Below are positions 8,431-18,182 of a DNA stretch of 64,000 bases, one piece after another; position 1 is the first letter of the stretch; the number at the start of each line of letters is the position of its first letter. A program made the position numbers and the translations under genes. Under the pieces are notes generated by a model. It saw only the letters and a list, made by a program, of their open reading frames with translations. It did no database searches and was not told where the DNA came from. Source of the DNA: Promethearchaeota archaeon Loki_b32 (GTDB taxonomy: Archaea; Asgardarchaeota; Lokiarchaeia; Sigyniarchaeales; SOKP01); contig NJBH01000006.1 of assembly GCA_005223125.1 (NCBI GenBank), positions 64,001 through 128,000 of the forward strand. Reading direction: 5' to 3'.

Positions 8431-10953
8431 TTAGTATGGTAGAAATAGATGAAATGTCGTTCCTTTCCCTAATTCACTCTCCACAATGATACTTCCTTTA
8501 TGAGCATCAATTATATCTTTTGCGATTGCTAATCCTAATCCTGTGCCAGCAATTTCAATTACATTGCTTGAACGGAAAAATCGTTCAAAAATGTGAGGTA
8601 AATCTTCCTTGGAGATCCCACGACCACTATCTTTAAATTGTAAGAGAACTCCTGATTTTCCATTTAAATTATATTTACCCTGGTAATTATCAATAGATTT
8701 TATTTTTACTTTTGAATATTCTTCTGAATATTTAATAGTATTATCGATAATAATTCGGAAAACTTGATCAATCCTTTTTGGATCCCCTCTTAAAAGAATG
8801 TTATCATCCACATTAACTTCAAAATCTATATTCTTTTCCTGACCTATTGGTTCCATGAGATATAAGATTTCATTAATAATCTCTAAAGGTTTATATTCTT
8901 TCCATTCCAATTCTAATCGATTTTCATCAATTCTTGAAATTGTTAATATATCCTCTGCTAAATCATTAAGTAGATGAATATTTTTTGAGATTCCATCCAT
9001 TAATTTCTCTTCTAAATCTTCGTTGAGAACATCTTTATGTTTAGTTAAATATTCCATCGACATTAATAAGACTGTAATTGGAGTCCGTAATTCATGTGAA
9101 ACAGTTGAAATTAATTGTGATAATCTCTCTTCTGCTCTTTTACGTTCTGTTATATCCAATCCATAAATATTTACATAATCCACATTTTTTACGGGAGTAA
9201 CAACCAAAGTGTAAGTTCGACCATTTAAATTTACTTCAAGATCTATATTCACTTTTTTACTTAGAACTCTATTAATAGAGTCCTTTAATATTTTAGGGGT
9301 TGGACTTCCTTCTTCAATATTGAATAGCTCTCTACCCATTTTATTAGTGTAGATTACCAGTTTATTATTTATTCGCAAAACGGGGTTAGGATTTTCAGAT
9401 GGGAACTTTGATAAATTTCTAATTTTTTCTTCAGCTTTTTTTCTTTCAGTGATGTCTCTAAATGTCGATTGAAAAAATATCCTTCCAGATAATTTTATAA
9501 CTTTTGCTGTTACAAAAACATCTATTATTTCTCCATTTTTTCTACGGAATTTTGTTTCAAAATCATCTCTACCTTCTCTCAATAATTTTTCTACATGAGC
9601 TTTTGTCTCTTCTGTGTTTTCTGTCATATCATAGTCATTTATTTGTAATTTTTGGAATTCATCACGCGAATATCCTAAAATATTACATACTACATCGTTA
9701 AATTCAACTGCTCTGAAAGTTTCAGGATCTAAAATAACAATACCATCAGGAAACTGTTCAAAAGTTGTACGATAACGAAGTTCAGCTTCTTGAAGTAGTG
9801 ATTCAGATTTTATTTTCTCAGTAATATCTGTGGCAACACTAAGAAGAGCGGAATATTTTGCATCAACATCTTCTATTGGTTGTTCAACTATCCAATATGT
9901 CTTTCTACCAGCATGTAAATCAAAAGTTCGTTGATATGCTCGACTGGTCCCATTATTAATTGATTCACGATTACTAATTAAAAATTCATTAGCAATTTTT
10001 TCAGGGAACACATCATGTAGAGTTTTTCCAATGAAATCTTCTGGATTTCCACCTAATTCCTCTGCAGCCTTTTTATTTACTAATAAATAGGTGCCTTTTT
10101 TATCAATCATTGTAATACCTGCTCCAGAATGCTTAATAATATTTCTTAGTTCTAATTCACTTCTCTTGATTTTTCTAAATAATAGATCAAATGGTTCCTC
10201 GATTCCAATTTGAATAATAGCTTTATATAAAAGGAAAAATGCGATTATTTTAAAGATATGTCCAATAAAATTAGGAAATTCATAAGCCCCGAAATAAAAT
10301 GTGAACGCTAATTCGGCGATCATCGTTGCTATGATTGAGGTGATTATAAGATAGAAGACTTTTTTATCAAAATCCACTCTATTTTTAATAATAATCAAAA
10401 GACAAGTTAAAAGTATGAAATTTATAACATATTCACTTACAATTTTAAACGACGTTAATCCAATACCATCAATATAACAAATTGGAAAAGAATTTGTAAA
10501 AATAAGTACTATTAAAATTATTGATATTATCAAATAAAAAATAGGAAGAAAAATTGATTTTACACTCCTTTTAATCATTAATGAAGCGAAGACACAAGAT
10601 CCTGCTTGAAGATATCTGGCTGCTATCCATAAAGATGTCGCAAGATTTGTCCCCCAATCCTCAAAAATCGGCAAACCAGGATAAGCAAGAGTATGAATTA
10701 CGTCAATAATTCCGATAAAAAGTGAGGATACTCCAAGAATTGAAAAAAAGGAATTTTTCATATATTTACGGGAGTTCCACCCAACTAAAAATACGCCTCC
10801 TGCAATTACAATACTAAATATCTCCGCGATACTATGAAATAGTAAGTAATCATAGAGACTTGTAAGGTAGACTAATAAGATTCCTATAAGAAGAACAGAA
10901 ATTTCTATAATTTCTAGATTCAGTTTATGTGAAGATTTATGTTCTTTTGACAT
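8431..10953 (-). CDS. MASE3-PAS sensor histidine kinase
   Basis: N-terminal membrane domain with 'YLLFHSIAEIFSI' and 'LWIAARY' (MASE3), several PAS/PAC domains, 'SHELRTP', 'GTGLGLAI'. Confidence 0.93.
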   Translation of the reverse strand: MSKEHKSSHKLNLEIIEISVLLIGILLVYLTSLYDYLLFHSIAEIFSIVIAGGVFLVGWNSRKYMKNSFFSILGVSSLFIGIIDVIHTLAYPGLPIFEDWGTNLATSLWIAARYLQAGSCVFASLMIKRSVKSIFLPIFYLIISIILIVLIFTNSFPICYIDGIGLTSFKIVSEYVINFILLTCLLIIIKNRVDFDKKVFYLIITSIIATMIAELAFTFYFGAYEFPNFIGHIFKIIAFFLLYKAIIQIGIEEPFDLLFRKIKRSELELRNIIKHSGAGITMIDKKGTYLLVNKKAAEELGGNPEDFIGKTLHDVFPEKIANEFLISNRESINNGTSRAYQRTFDLHAGRKTYWIVEQPIEDVDAKYSALLSVATDITEKIKSESLLQEAELRYRTTFEQFPDGIVILDPETFRAVEFNDVVCNILGYSRDEFQKLQINDYDMTENTEETKAHVEKLLREGRDDFETKFRRKNGEIIDVFVTAKVIKLSGRIFFQSTFRDITERKKAEEKIRNLSKFPSENPNPVLRINNKLVIYTNKMGRELFNIEEGSPTPKILKDSINRVLSKKVNIDLEVNLNGRTYTLVVTPVKNVDYVNIYGLDITERKRAEERLSQLISTVSHELRTPITVLLMSMEYLTKHKDVLNEDLEEKLMDGISKNIHLLNDLAEDILTISRIDENRLELEWKEYKPLEIINEILYLMEPIGQEKNIDFEVNVDDNILLRGDPKRIDQVFRIIIDNTIKYSEEYSKVKIKSIDNYQGKYNLNGKSGVLLQFKDSGRGISKEDLPHIFERFFRSSNVIEIAGTGLGLAIAKDIIDAHKGSIIVESELGKGTTFHLFLPY

Positions 10954-11027
10954 TATTTAAATATCTTTTCTATTATATTTTTAAATTTCCAACCTATTTA
11001 AAATTGAAACTAACTTACCAAAATTAT

Positions 11028-11576
11028 TTAGAAAACTGGAGATTTTTCAAAGAGAGCATATATCGTTGTTTTATATAATGTATAAATAAAACCTGGTGGT
11101 ATGATATCTTTTATTTTTATAATAAGTTCATCAATGACCTTTTCAGTTAAATTTCGATCAAATGTTAAATCTGGATCAAATTTATGTAAAAAGATAGAAA
11201 AATCAATACCGTTTTTTATTTCAATTGAGTTTATCACTTTCTTCATGTATTCTAGCGCGATATGATAACGCTTAACGTCTTGGATATCAATTACATATAT
11301 AATTTTACTTGTTCCCTTTATATACTTATTAAAATCGTTGAAATAATCATCAAGATACGCTTGCTGACCCCCAAGATCCCAAATAGAATATTTTGAATTT
11401 AAGACTTCAAAATCTTGCACATCAGGACCTTTCGTAGGCATTGGAGTGTTAAAAGCAGAGATACCCTTGATACCCTTCAAACAATTTAATATCGTTGTTT
11501 TCCCACTATTATCTAATCCAATTAATACAATTTTAATTGAATCGACTCTTGATTCATTGGTTTTTAAAGTTTTCAT
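11028..11576 (-). CDS. Small GTPase, Arf/Rag-like Asgard type
   Basis: G1 GLDNSGKTT, G2 PT, G3 WDLGGQ, G4 HKFD. Confidence 0.92.
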   Translation of the reverse strand: MKTLKTNESRVDSIKIVLIGLDNSGKTTILNCLKGIKGISAFNTPMPTKGPDVQDFEVLNSKYSIWDLGGQQAYLDDYFNDFNKYIKGTSKIIYVIDIQDVKRYHIALEYMKKVINSIEIKNGIDFSIFLHKFDPDLTFDRNLTEKVIDELIIKIKDIIPPGFIYTLYKTTIYALFEKSPVF

Positions 11577-11615
11577 AATTAATCAAAAATATGTTTGAGC
11601 ATTTTTTTTTAAGAG

Positions 11616-11954
11616 CTATGTTAATGTATCATGTATATCAACATCTCTTATATCTTTGAATTTCTCTTTATATATTTCAGCTACAAGTGAATTTATTCTG
11701 TTAAGCAAATTAAAGATACTTAGATTTTTAATTTTGTAGTATTTTATATTGTTTTTTTTCTCATATTCGATGAGATTGTTATCATAAAGCATGTTTAAAT
11801 GCTTTGAGATAGTTGATTGTGATTTATTTAAATTTTTTTTAATTTCTAATGAGCTCTTCTCACTTCCCTTTAAGAGATCTAAAATATCTAATCTTGTAGG
11901 ATCTCCTATGATCTTTAGGAACTCAATAACACCTCTTCTAAATTCGCTCATCAA
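11616..11954 (-). CDS. ArsR/SmtB family transcriptional regulator
   Basis: 'GDPTRLDIL' and 'SQSTISKHL..L'. Confidence 0.9.
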   Translation of the reverse strand: MMSEFRRGVIEFLKIIGDPTRLDILDLLKGSEKSSLEIKKNLNKSQSTISKHLNMLYDNNLIEYEKKNNIKYYKIKNLSIFNLLNRINSLVAEIYKEKFKDIRDVDIHDTLT

Positions 11955-12069
11955 ATACCAGAAGCATGTTTTATTAAAATTTTATTTTTATAACTTTTTA
12001 AACCTTATTTTAATAGTTTATTAATATTTCATTATTAATACGAAAATCACAAAGATTTAAATATTATGC

Positions 12070-12103
12070 TATCGTTATATTGTTATATCGCTATATCGCG
12101 ATA
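12070..12103. promoter_or_regulatory. 4x 8-bp imperfect tandem repeat containing a 6-6-6 inverted repeat; candidate operator
   Basis: tatcgtta-tattgtta-tatcgcta-tatcgcga; TATCGC-N6-GCGATA at 12086-12103. Lies between the divergent ArsR and Lrp genes. Confidence 0.5.
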
Positions 12104-12146
12104 CATGAATATTGATCTTTTTTTTATCAAAAGATGGAGAAAGAAA

Positions 12147-12659
12147 ATGATAAGTGAAAAAATAGGAATGGATGATATTGATTGTAGAATTATGGATTTA
12201 ATTCAAAGAGAACCAAGTCTTACACATACTCAGATTGCAGAACATGTGAATCGCAGTCAACCTACCGTAGGAATGCGGGTCAAAAAGCTGGAGAAGTTAG
12301 GGGTTTTGAAATATCAGGCTGGTGTAAATATCAAAACAGCAGATCTATATTTTGCTAGGATTGATCTTCAAACAAAGAACCCAAAAAGGATATTTTCTAT
12401 GGTGGAAAACTGTCCATTCATGCTCACCGCGTTCAGACTGAGCGGAAGTACAAATATTAGTATTTTAGTAGCAGGTTCATCCTTAAAGGACCTCGATCAT
12501 GTAGTAAATCATCATCTTCGAGGTGATCCAGAAGTTATTACTGTCCATATGGATATTATTGAAGATGTTGCAGGAGATCTTGTTTTACCAATAGATTTAA
12601 ACCTTGGTTATAGTAAAATCGATTTAGAAAATTACTGTTGTGGCAAATGTAAAGATTAA
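12147..12659 (+). CDS. Lrp/AsnC family regulator, paralog 1 (C-terminal CCGKC)
   Basis: HTH 'LTHTQIA..VNRSQPTVGMRVKKLE' plus RAM domain. GGAG SD precedes ATG 12147. Confidence 0.9.
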   Translation: MISEKIGMDDIDCRIMDLIQREPSLTHTQIAEHVNRSQPTVGMRVKKLEKLGVLKYQAGVNIKTADLYFARIDLQTKNPKRIFSMVENCPFMLTAFRLSGSTNISILVAGSSLKDLDHVVNHHLRGDPEVITVHMDIIEDVAGDLVLPIDLNLGYSKIDLENYCCGKCKD

Positions 12660-12698
12660 TTTACATACAATCTATTTTTCTTTAATAGGATTATTTTT

Positions 12699-12938
12699 TT
12701 AATCTATTATTAATACTTTTAATTTACATGCTGTAGTACAGATGTGACATTTAACACATCTGTCTTCGCGATCTTCCACCACGATACATTTAGGGATAGA
12801 GTCTTTATTAATAACCGTGTAAATTCCTCTAAAGCATGCTTCTTCGCAAGAAAAATCTTTACATTGCGCACACTTAGAGGATTCAATATGATGAAATTTA
12901 TAACTTTCAATAGTGTCTCGATTGTCTGCTTCACTCAT
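12699..12938 (-). CDS. 2[4Fe-4S] ferredoxin-like protein
   Basis: CAQCKDFSCEEAC and CVKCHICTTAC. Confidence 0.85.
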   Translation of the reverse strand: MSEADNRDTIESYKFHHIESSKCAQCKDFSCEEACFRGIYTVINKDSIPKCIVVEDREDRCVKCHICTTACKLKVLIID

Positions 12939-13030
12939 TAATAATTAATCATATTAAAAACATCATTTATTCATTTGTTTTATATTATATAACATAATTT
13001 TTTAATTCCAGTAAAAATCAATTATTATCA

Positions 13031-13699
13031 ATGACTTCAGAAAAACAACCGATACTTGAGATACCCAACTTAATGAAAGAATTGTTTGTATCACGTCCTA
13101 ATCGCTTTGTTGGTGAAATAAAATACAAAGGAAAGATAGAGTCTGCTCATATTCATGACCCCGGAAGATTGAAAGAATTACTTATTGAAGGGGCTGAAGT
13201 GCTATTTACACACTCACGAGGAAAGTTAAAATATTATATTAAAGCTGTTTATGATGATGATGAATGGGTTCTTATAGACACCGCTTTACACTCAAATATT
13301 GCTCAAAAAGTTTTTGAACTTTTACCAGAGTTTTCTAAAGTGAAAGAAATAAGAAGAGAAGTAAAACTAGGGAATAGTAGGATAGATTTTCTTCTTGATG
13401 ATGTACCATTAGAAGTAAAGGGTGTGACTCTAGTTAAGGAAGGTATAGCACTGTTTCCGGATGCTCCTACTGAACGAGGAGCTAGACATGTCAGAGAAAT
13501 TATTGAACATAATGGAATTATATTTTTCTTAATCTTTCGTAAAGCAAGGTGTTTTTCTCCAAATTTAGAGATGGATCCCAAGTTTTCCAAAAATTTAAGC
13601 GAAGCAAGAAAAAAAGGTATTAAAATTTTGGCAGTTCAGATTAGCTTTGATGGAAAAACAGTTTATTACGAGGGGAAAGTAGATCTGATGTTATTTTAA
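13031..13699 (+). CDS. sfsA: DNA/RNA nuclease SfsA
   Basis: 'RPNRF', 'HDPGRL', 'SRIDF', 'EVKGVTL', 'FPDAPTERG.RH'. Confidence 0.93.
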   Translation: MTSEKQPILEIPNLMKELFVSRPNRFVGEIKYKGKIESAHIHDPGRLKELLIEGAEVLFTHSRGKLKYYIKAVYDDDEWVLIDTALHSNIAQKVFELLPEFSKVKEIRREVKLGNSRIDFLLDDVPLEVKGVTLVKEGIALFPDAPTERGARHVREIIEHNGIIFFLIFRKARCFSPNLEMDPKFSKNLSEARKKGIKILAVQISFDGKTVYYEGKVDLMLF

Positions 13700-13825
13700 A
13701 ACACCTTCAATATTAGCTTTTAGAACAGAAAATAAAGAAGACTAATTTTTTATAAATTCACCCTAATATTTTATAATTTGTAAAAATTGTTACTTAATTA
13801 GTAAAAAAAATTTAACGAGAATATT

Positions 13826-14365
13826 ATGATATCGGATAAATTAAAGCTTGATGAAGTTGACAAGCAAATAATTGCTCTTGTTCAAGAGGATCCTAACCTT
13901 ACACATACAGAAATCGCTTCAAAAATAAACAGATCGCAACCAACCGTTGGTATGCGTATAAAAAAGCTGGAAAAAAATGGTATTCTCCAATTCCAACCCG
14001 GTATCAATTTTAAGAAAGTTGATTTGTACCTCGCAACGGTTGAGTTAAAAACTAAAAATCCGGATGAAATTATGGATATGGCTAAACACTGCCCATTCAT
14101 GTTAAACGCATTTCGCTTGAGCGGGGAACACAATATTTGCATATTACTTGCAAGTTCTAAGCTTCAGAAACTTGATAATATTGTTAATTATCATTTTCGA
14201 AATAATCCTCAAATAAGCAGTGTTTCATTGGAAATTGTCCTTGATATTGCTAAGGATTTCATTTTACCGATTGATTTTGATTCAGAAGATCATGACCCTA
14301 CACTCGAGGATGGATGCGGGGAGAAGTGTCGTTGGAAACTTGCAAAAAATAAGAAACTAGGGTAG
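13826..14365 (+). CDS. Lrp/AsnC family regulator, paralog 2
   Basis: Same HTH 'SQPTVGMRIKKLE', 'CPFMLNAFRLSG', C-terminal CGEKC. Confidence 0.9.
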   Translation: MISDKLKLDEVDKQIIALVQEDPNLTHTEIASKINRSQPTVGMRIKKLEKNGILQFQPGINFKKVDLYLATVELKTKNPDEIMDMAKHCPFMLNAFRLSGEHNICILLASSKLQKLDNIVNYHFRNNPQISSVSLEIVLDIAKDFILPIDFDSEDHDPTLEDGCGEKCRWKLAKNKKLG

Positions 14366-14382
14366 CCCAATTCCTTTTTATA

Positions 14383-14949
14383 CTAGGTTTCTTTTTCAAT
14401 ATTAAATTTAAATTTAGGAATTTCATCTTGAAGCAAGCAATCTGGCCCACAATATCTCCCATCAAAGTTTTCGATTTGAAAATCTATGGGAACAACAAAA
14501 TCATGGATTGATTCAATTAAAATATTGGTTTTAACATTAATAACATTATCATCACGTCTGAAACACAAATCTACGAGTTTTTCAATGGTTTGAAGATTTG
14601 ATGCTGCGATAAAGCATAGTACGTTAAATTCCCCCGAGGTTTTAAATGCATGGTTAATAAACGGACAATTTACAATTTTCTTAACAATTGCTTCAACATC
14701 TTTAGTAGAAAGATAAACTATAGCAACTTTGATATCAACTTTTTTAATATTGAAGCCTACTTGTTTTGTAAGCAGGTGTTTTCTTTCTAATTTTAGGATT
14801 CGAGCCCCCACAGCAGGTTGAGATTTTTCAATTTCCTTAGCTATATCACTGTGAGTGATACCAGGGTTCTCCTCAATCATTTCAATGATTTTCTTGTCGG
14901 CCTCATCTATAGAAAGCAGATCTGAAAAATTTTTCTTCTTCATATCCAT
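14383..14949 (-). CDS. Lrp/AsnC family regulator, paralog 3
   Basis: 'SQPAVGARILKLE', 'CPFI', C-terminal CGPDC. Confidence 0.9.
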   Translation of the reverse strand: MDMKKKNFSDLLSIDEADKKIIEMIEENPGITHSDIAKEIEKSQPAVGARILKLERKHLLTKQVGFNIKKVDIKVAIVYLSTKDVEAIVKKIVNCPFINHAFKTSGEFNVLCFIAASNLQTIEKLVDLCFRRDDNVINVKTNILIESIHDFVVPIDFQIENFDGRYCGPDCLLQDEIPKFKFNIEKET

Positions 14950-15135
14950 ACTATTTCAATTTTTTTTTTTTTTTTCATGTCTAAGCCCTTCAAAACAAGA
15001 CATTAATTTAAATGTAATTTCAATGAATTTAAATATTTATAAAGAGAACAATTATCGAAATTAAGAATATTTAGTCAATATATTTTTTTTTATAAGTCTA
15101 ATTTTTCTTTAATAAATGGAAGATGATCGCCTTCT

Positions 15136-16098
15136 TTATAATACATTAGTAAAAATATTAATGATAATTATTACTACAGCGAAACCTACTAAGCCAATAA
15201 GGAATTTCAATGGATCTCCTTTTTCTTTTTCTGGTATCACTTCCCTTACTATAACGTATAAAATGACTCCAGAAATGAAAGAATAAAATAGAAATAAGAG
15301 TTCGATATTATCTGGTAAGAGTGAGTTAACTAATAGCCCAATTATAATGCCGGTTGGAGCGGCGGCATATGATAAATACTTAATAAGAGGTTCTTCTTCA
15401 AATTTATTATCTTCATAGATTTCTAAGTCAGTGAATGCAAGATGTGCTTCAGATCGTTTAGTTACAACAGTTCTAAACAAGGCATATATGAAAAAGAGAA
15501 TACCTCCTATTAATTCAATGCGTAATAATCCAACTAAAATAATTCCTACGAGAAAATGGTAAATGTAATCTGTAATAAATCGGAAATTTGTTAATTCTTT
15601 ATTAATATGATTTTGAATCTTTATTTTATAGTTATTTATTTCAATTTTCATTCCCTCCTCTTGTTTATTTAATGCAGAGAGTGTCTGGGCTATTTCTCTT
15701 AGAACAGCTTCATCTAGATTTTCGTGTGTTAATTCCTTTGTGAGAATTTTTTCCATATTGCGTTCCACACTTTCTAAAATTTTCTCTTTTTTGAGCAATT
15801 TTCTCATTTTTCTTTGTGTTTTCACTTCAACTTTCTGCAAAATTAATTTTTCAGAGATGTGAACAAAAGAAAAACCAATTAGGACAAAAAGATATTCAAA
15901 TAATTTTAAATCAAAAGGGAATACTGGTAATCTTTCAGCAATTTCTGGAAGGACAATCAAGAAAAAATAAGCTACTGATATACCAGCAATTAATGAGGCA
16001 TGTACTTGAATGAGATTTTGCTCAAAATGTTCTGTGATAAAAAATAAGATACCAAAAGCTAATGCAAGAATAACAACTATTATTAAATCAACACTCAT
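15136..16098 (-). CDS. ZIP-like metal transporter homolog with coiled-coil insertion
   Basis: 'AGISVAYFFLIVLPE' and 'SGVILYVIVREVIPE' resemble ZIP TM2/TM7; ~85-aa charged helical loop. Confidence 0.6.
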   Translation of the reverse strand: MSVDLIIVVILALAFGILFFITEHFEQNLIQVHASLIAGISVAYFFLIVLPEIAERLPVFPFDLKLFEYLFVLIGFSFVHISEKLILQKVEVKTQRKMRKLLKKEKILESVERNMEKILTKELTHENLDEAVLREIAQTLSALNKQEEGMKIEINNYKIKIQNHINKELTNFRFITDYIYHFLVGIILVGLLRIELIGGILFFIYALFRTVVTKRSEAHLAFTDLEIYEDNKFEEEPLIKYLSYAAAPTGIIIGLLVNSLLPDNIELLFLFYSFISGVILYVIVREVIPEKEKGDPLKFLIGLVGFAVVIIIINIFTNVL

Positions 16099-16211
16099 TA
16101 ATATTGAAAATAGATTTAAAATTTAATAAAGTTGTAGTAATAAGCAAAGCTATAAAATTCATATGAATTTCAATAAATATATAGACATTTAAGGTTCATA
16201 GGTGATATTTA

Positions 16212-17087
16212 ATCGAGTTTCTAATTATAACATCAACTGAAGATAAAGCATCAATGAATATAAGAGAGAATTTTTTAAATTCTAAAGTTCATAATTTCGA
16301 AGAAACAGATATTAGGTGGCATAAAAATCCAATATTTAAATTAAAAGGGAATTTTAAAGAAAATGAAATATTTTTAGGTTTAACAAAAGAGCCATTAATT
16401 TTTCTGAATGATTTAAGATTAGATGAGTCAGAGTTAAATCCCGATTTACTTATTTTTGCAAGTCGACACACTTCAAAGACTGCTCGACCAGCATTTTTAG
16501 TCCATACTACAGGAAATTGGGGTGAAGATGCAGATTTTGGTGGCAATTCTCAAGATTTATCAAAAACAAGCGCTTTACTTCACAAGGCAGGATTTGTTTC
16601 ATTGATTGAACAAGAACTTTCGCCCCAATTAGCAGAGTTTTCGATTGATGTTGAAGTTACTCATCATGGGCCTACAATATTAGAAAAACCCTTAATATTC
16701 ATGGAATTAGGGAGTAGTAAGGGAGAGTGGATTATTAGTAATGCGGGAGAACTTCTTGCCAATGTAATAATTAACACAATCTTCAAATACTTAGAATTTA
16801 ATGAAAAAAAAAGTGATATAATAGGTTTGGGTTTTGGAGGAACACACTATGCTCCAAATTTTAATAGACTTATTCGAAACAAGAATATTGCAATGTCTTT
16901 TATTTGTCCCAAATATTATGTTCAACAATTGAATGTAGAGTTGATATCAAAAATGATTAATAATACGCTTGAAAAAGTTGATTATTTCATTGTTGATTGG
17001 AAAGGGACCAATTCTGAAAATAAAAAGCATCTAATTCCTCTTTTGGAAGAATTTAAAATCCCAATAAAAAAGACAAAAGAGTTTTAA
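16212..17087 (+). CDS. dtdA: D-aminoacyl-tRNA deacylase (archaeal DTD2)
   Basis: 'FASRH', 'HTTGN', 'EVTHHGP', 'ELGS', 'GFGGTHYAP'. Family-like N-terminus (FLIITSTEDKASMNI) lies upstream of ATG 16254, implying an ATC start at 16212. Confidence 0.9.
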   Translation: MEFLIITSTEDKASMNIRENFLNSKVHNFEETDIRWHKNPIFKLKGNFKENEIFLGLTKEPLIFLNDLRLDESELNPDLLIFASRHTSKTARPAFLVHTTGNWGEDADFGGNSQDLSKTSALLHKAGFVSLIEQELSPQLAEFSIDVEVTHHGPTILEKPLIFMELGSSKGEWIISNAGELLANVIINTIFKYLEFNEKKSDIIGLGFGGTHYAPNFNRLIRNKNIAMSFICPKYYVQQLNVELISKMINNTLEKVDYFIVDWKGTNSENKKHLIPLLEEFKIPIKKTKEF

Positions 17088-17117
17088 TGTTCCAGTATTT
17101 AGAAAATTGAGCTAAAC

Positions 17118-17987
17118 CTAATTTGGTTCTTCCTTTATTTTTTCATAGTATTTAACTAAATTTTTAAAAACAAAATTAGTAGGAGAAAATCCTTGAGTTG
17201 CGGTTTTTAGCAGAATTTTCTGAAGAAAATCATGATATTTTATATTCTGATCTAAAGTCACATTTAATTCTCTGATGTTAAAGAAGCTACGAAAAAATAA
17301 CGTTGGCCAATCTACCAAAGATTGTAGTAATTGAGTATAAACTAATTTTCCATCCTTGGTTAATGCTATTTCCTTATTTAAATAGTAGTAATTAGTTTTC
17401 CCCTTCTTTTCTACAATAACAATTCCTTCTGCCTCAATTTCTTTCATAAGGTTATTTACATCAGCTAGTTCTATACCTTTCATATTTAATTTCTTTAAAC
17501 TATACAAAATTTCCAAATCTGATAGACCTTGTAATTTAATCAATGTATAATTTCTGCCAATTATGTTGTATTTCAATGGAACAGATTCATGATCTAATTT
17601 ATTATATTGTATTAAATTGCCCAAAATTTCTTTTGCTATGAAATATTTTAAAATTAATTGATCCTCTTCAGAGAAATCTTTCTTAAATAATTCTGAATCG
17701 AAATAAGAACTATATAAGGTGTGCAATAATGTTTTTGTAGAATAAAATCCATCCACCGTAGCTTGTTCAACGTTTTTTAAAACATCAATCCTGTAATCAA
17801 TATCCTTTAAGAATTTAGTTTTGTCAAGAGGTATTTGGCGGACAATATGAGGTTTTTCATCAAAAGGTTTTAAGTATTCATCCCATTTTTTTTTGAAACG
17901 AGGGGATTGAGTTTTTACTATTTTGGAGAGTTTGTATACTACCTCAAAAAGTTTATTTAGAAATTCAGTTTCAGAAACCTTAGTCAT
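17118..17987 (-). CDS. Hypothetical protein (possible internal wHTH)
   Basis: 289-aa ORF with AGGT SD; no family recognised. Confidence 0.7.
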   Translation of the reverse strand: MTKVSETEFLNKLFEVVYKLSKIVKTQSPRFKKKWDEYLKPFDEKPHIVRQIPLDKTKFLKDIDYRIDVLKNVEQATVDGFYSTKTLLHTLYSSYFDSELFKKDFSEEDQLILKYFIAKEILGNLIQYNKLDHESVPLKYNIIGRNYTLIKLQGLSDLEILYSLKKLNMKGIELADVNNLMKEIEAEGIVIVEKKGKTNYYYLNKEIALTKDGKLVYTQLLQSLVDWPTLFFRSFFNIRELNVTLDQNIKYHDFLQKILLKTATQGFSPTNFVFKNLVKYYEKIKEEPN

Positions 17988-18182
17988 CCTTGAAATACCT
18001 TAGCCTTAATCCATTTTTTTTTTTCCTTCTATTAATAATATTATGACCTAAATATTTTTAAATTTTAGATAAAAAAACGAATGCGATCATACAATTAGAG
18101 CACAGATTTTAATTTATAAAAATTTAAATAAAAAAAATATAATTATTGAAAATTTGTTATTTAACACGATGAAGGTTATTTA

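Noticed and set aside
12066-12146. N-terminal extensions given by the ORF track (also 45450-45530, 7263-7316, 57816-57866)
   Set aside because: They run through AT-rich promoter-like DNA; SD positions and family N-termini favour the downstream ATGs.
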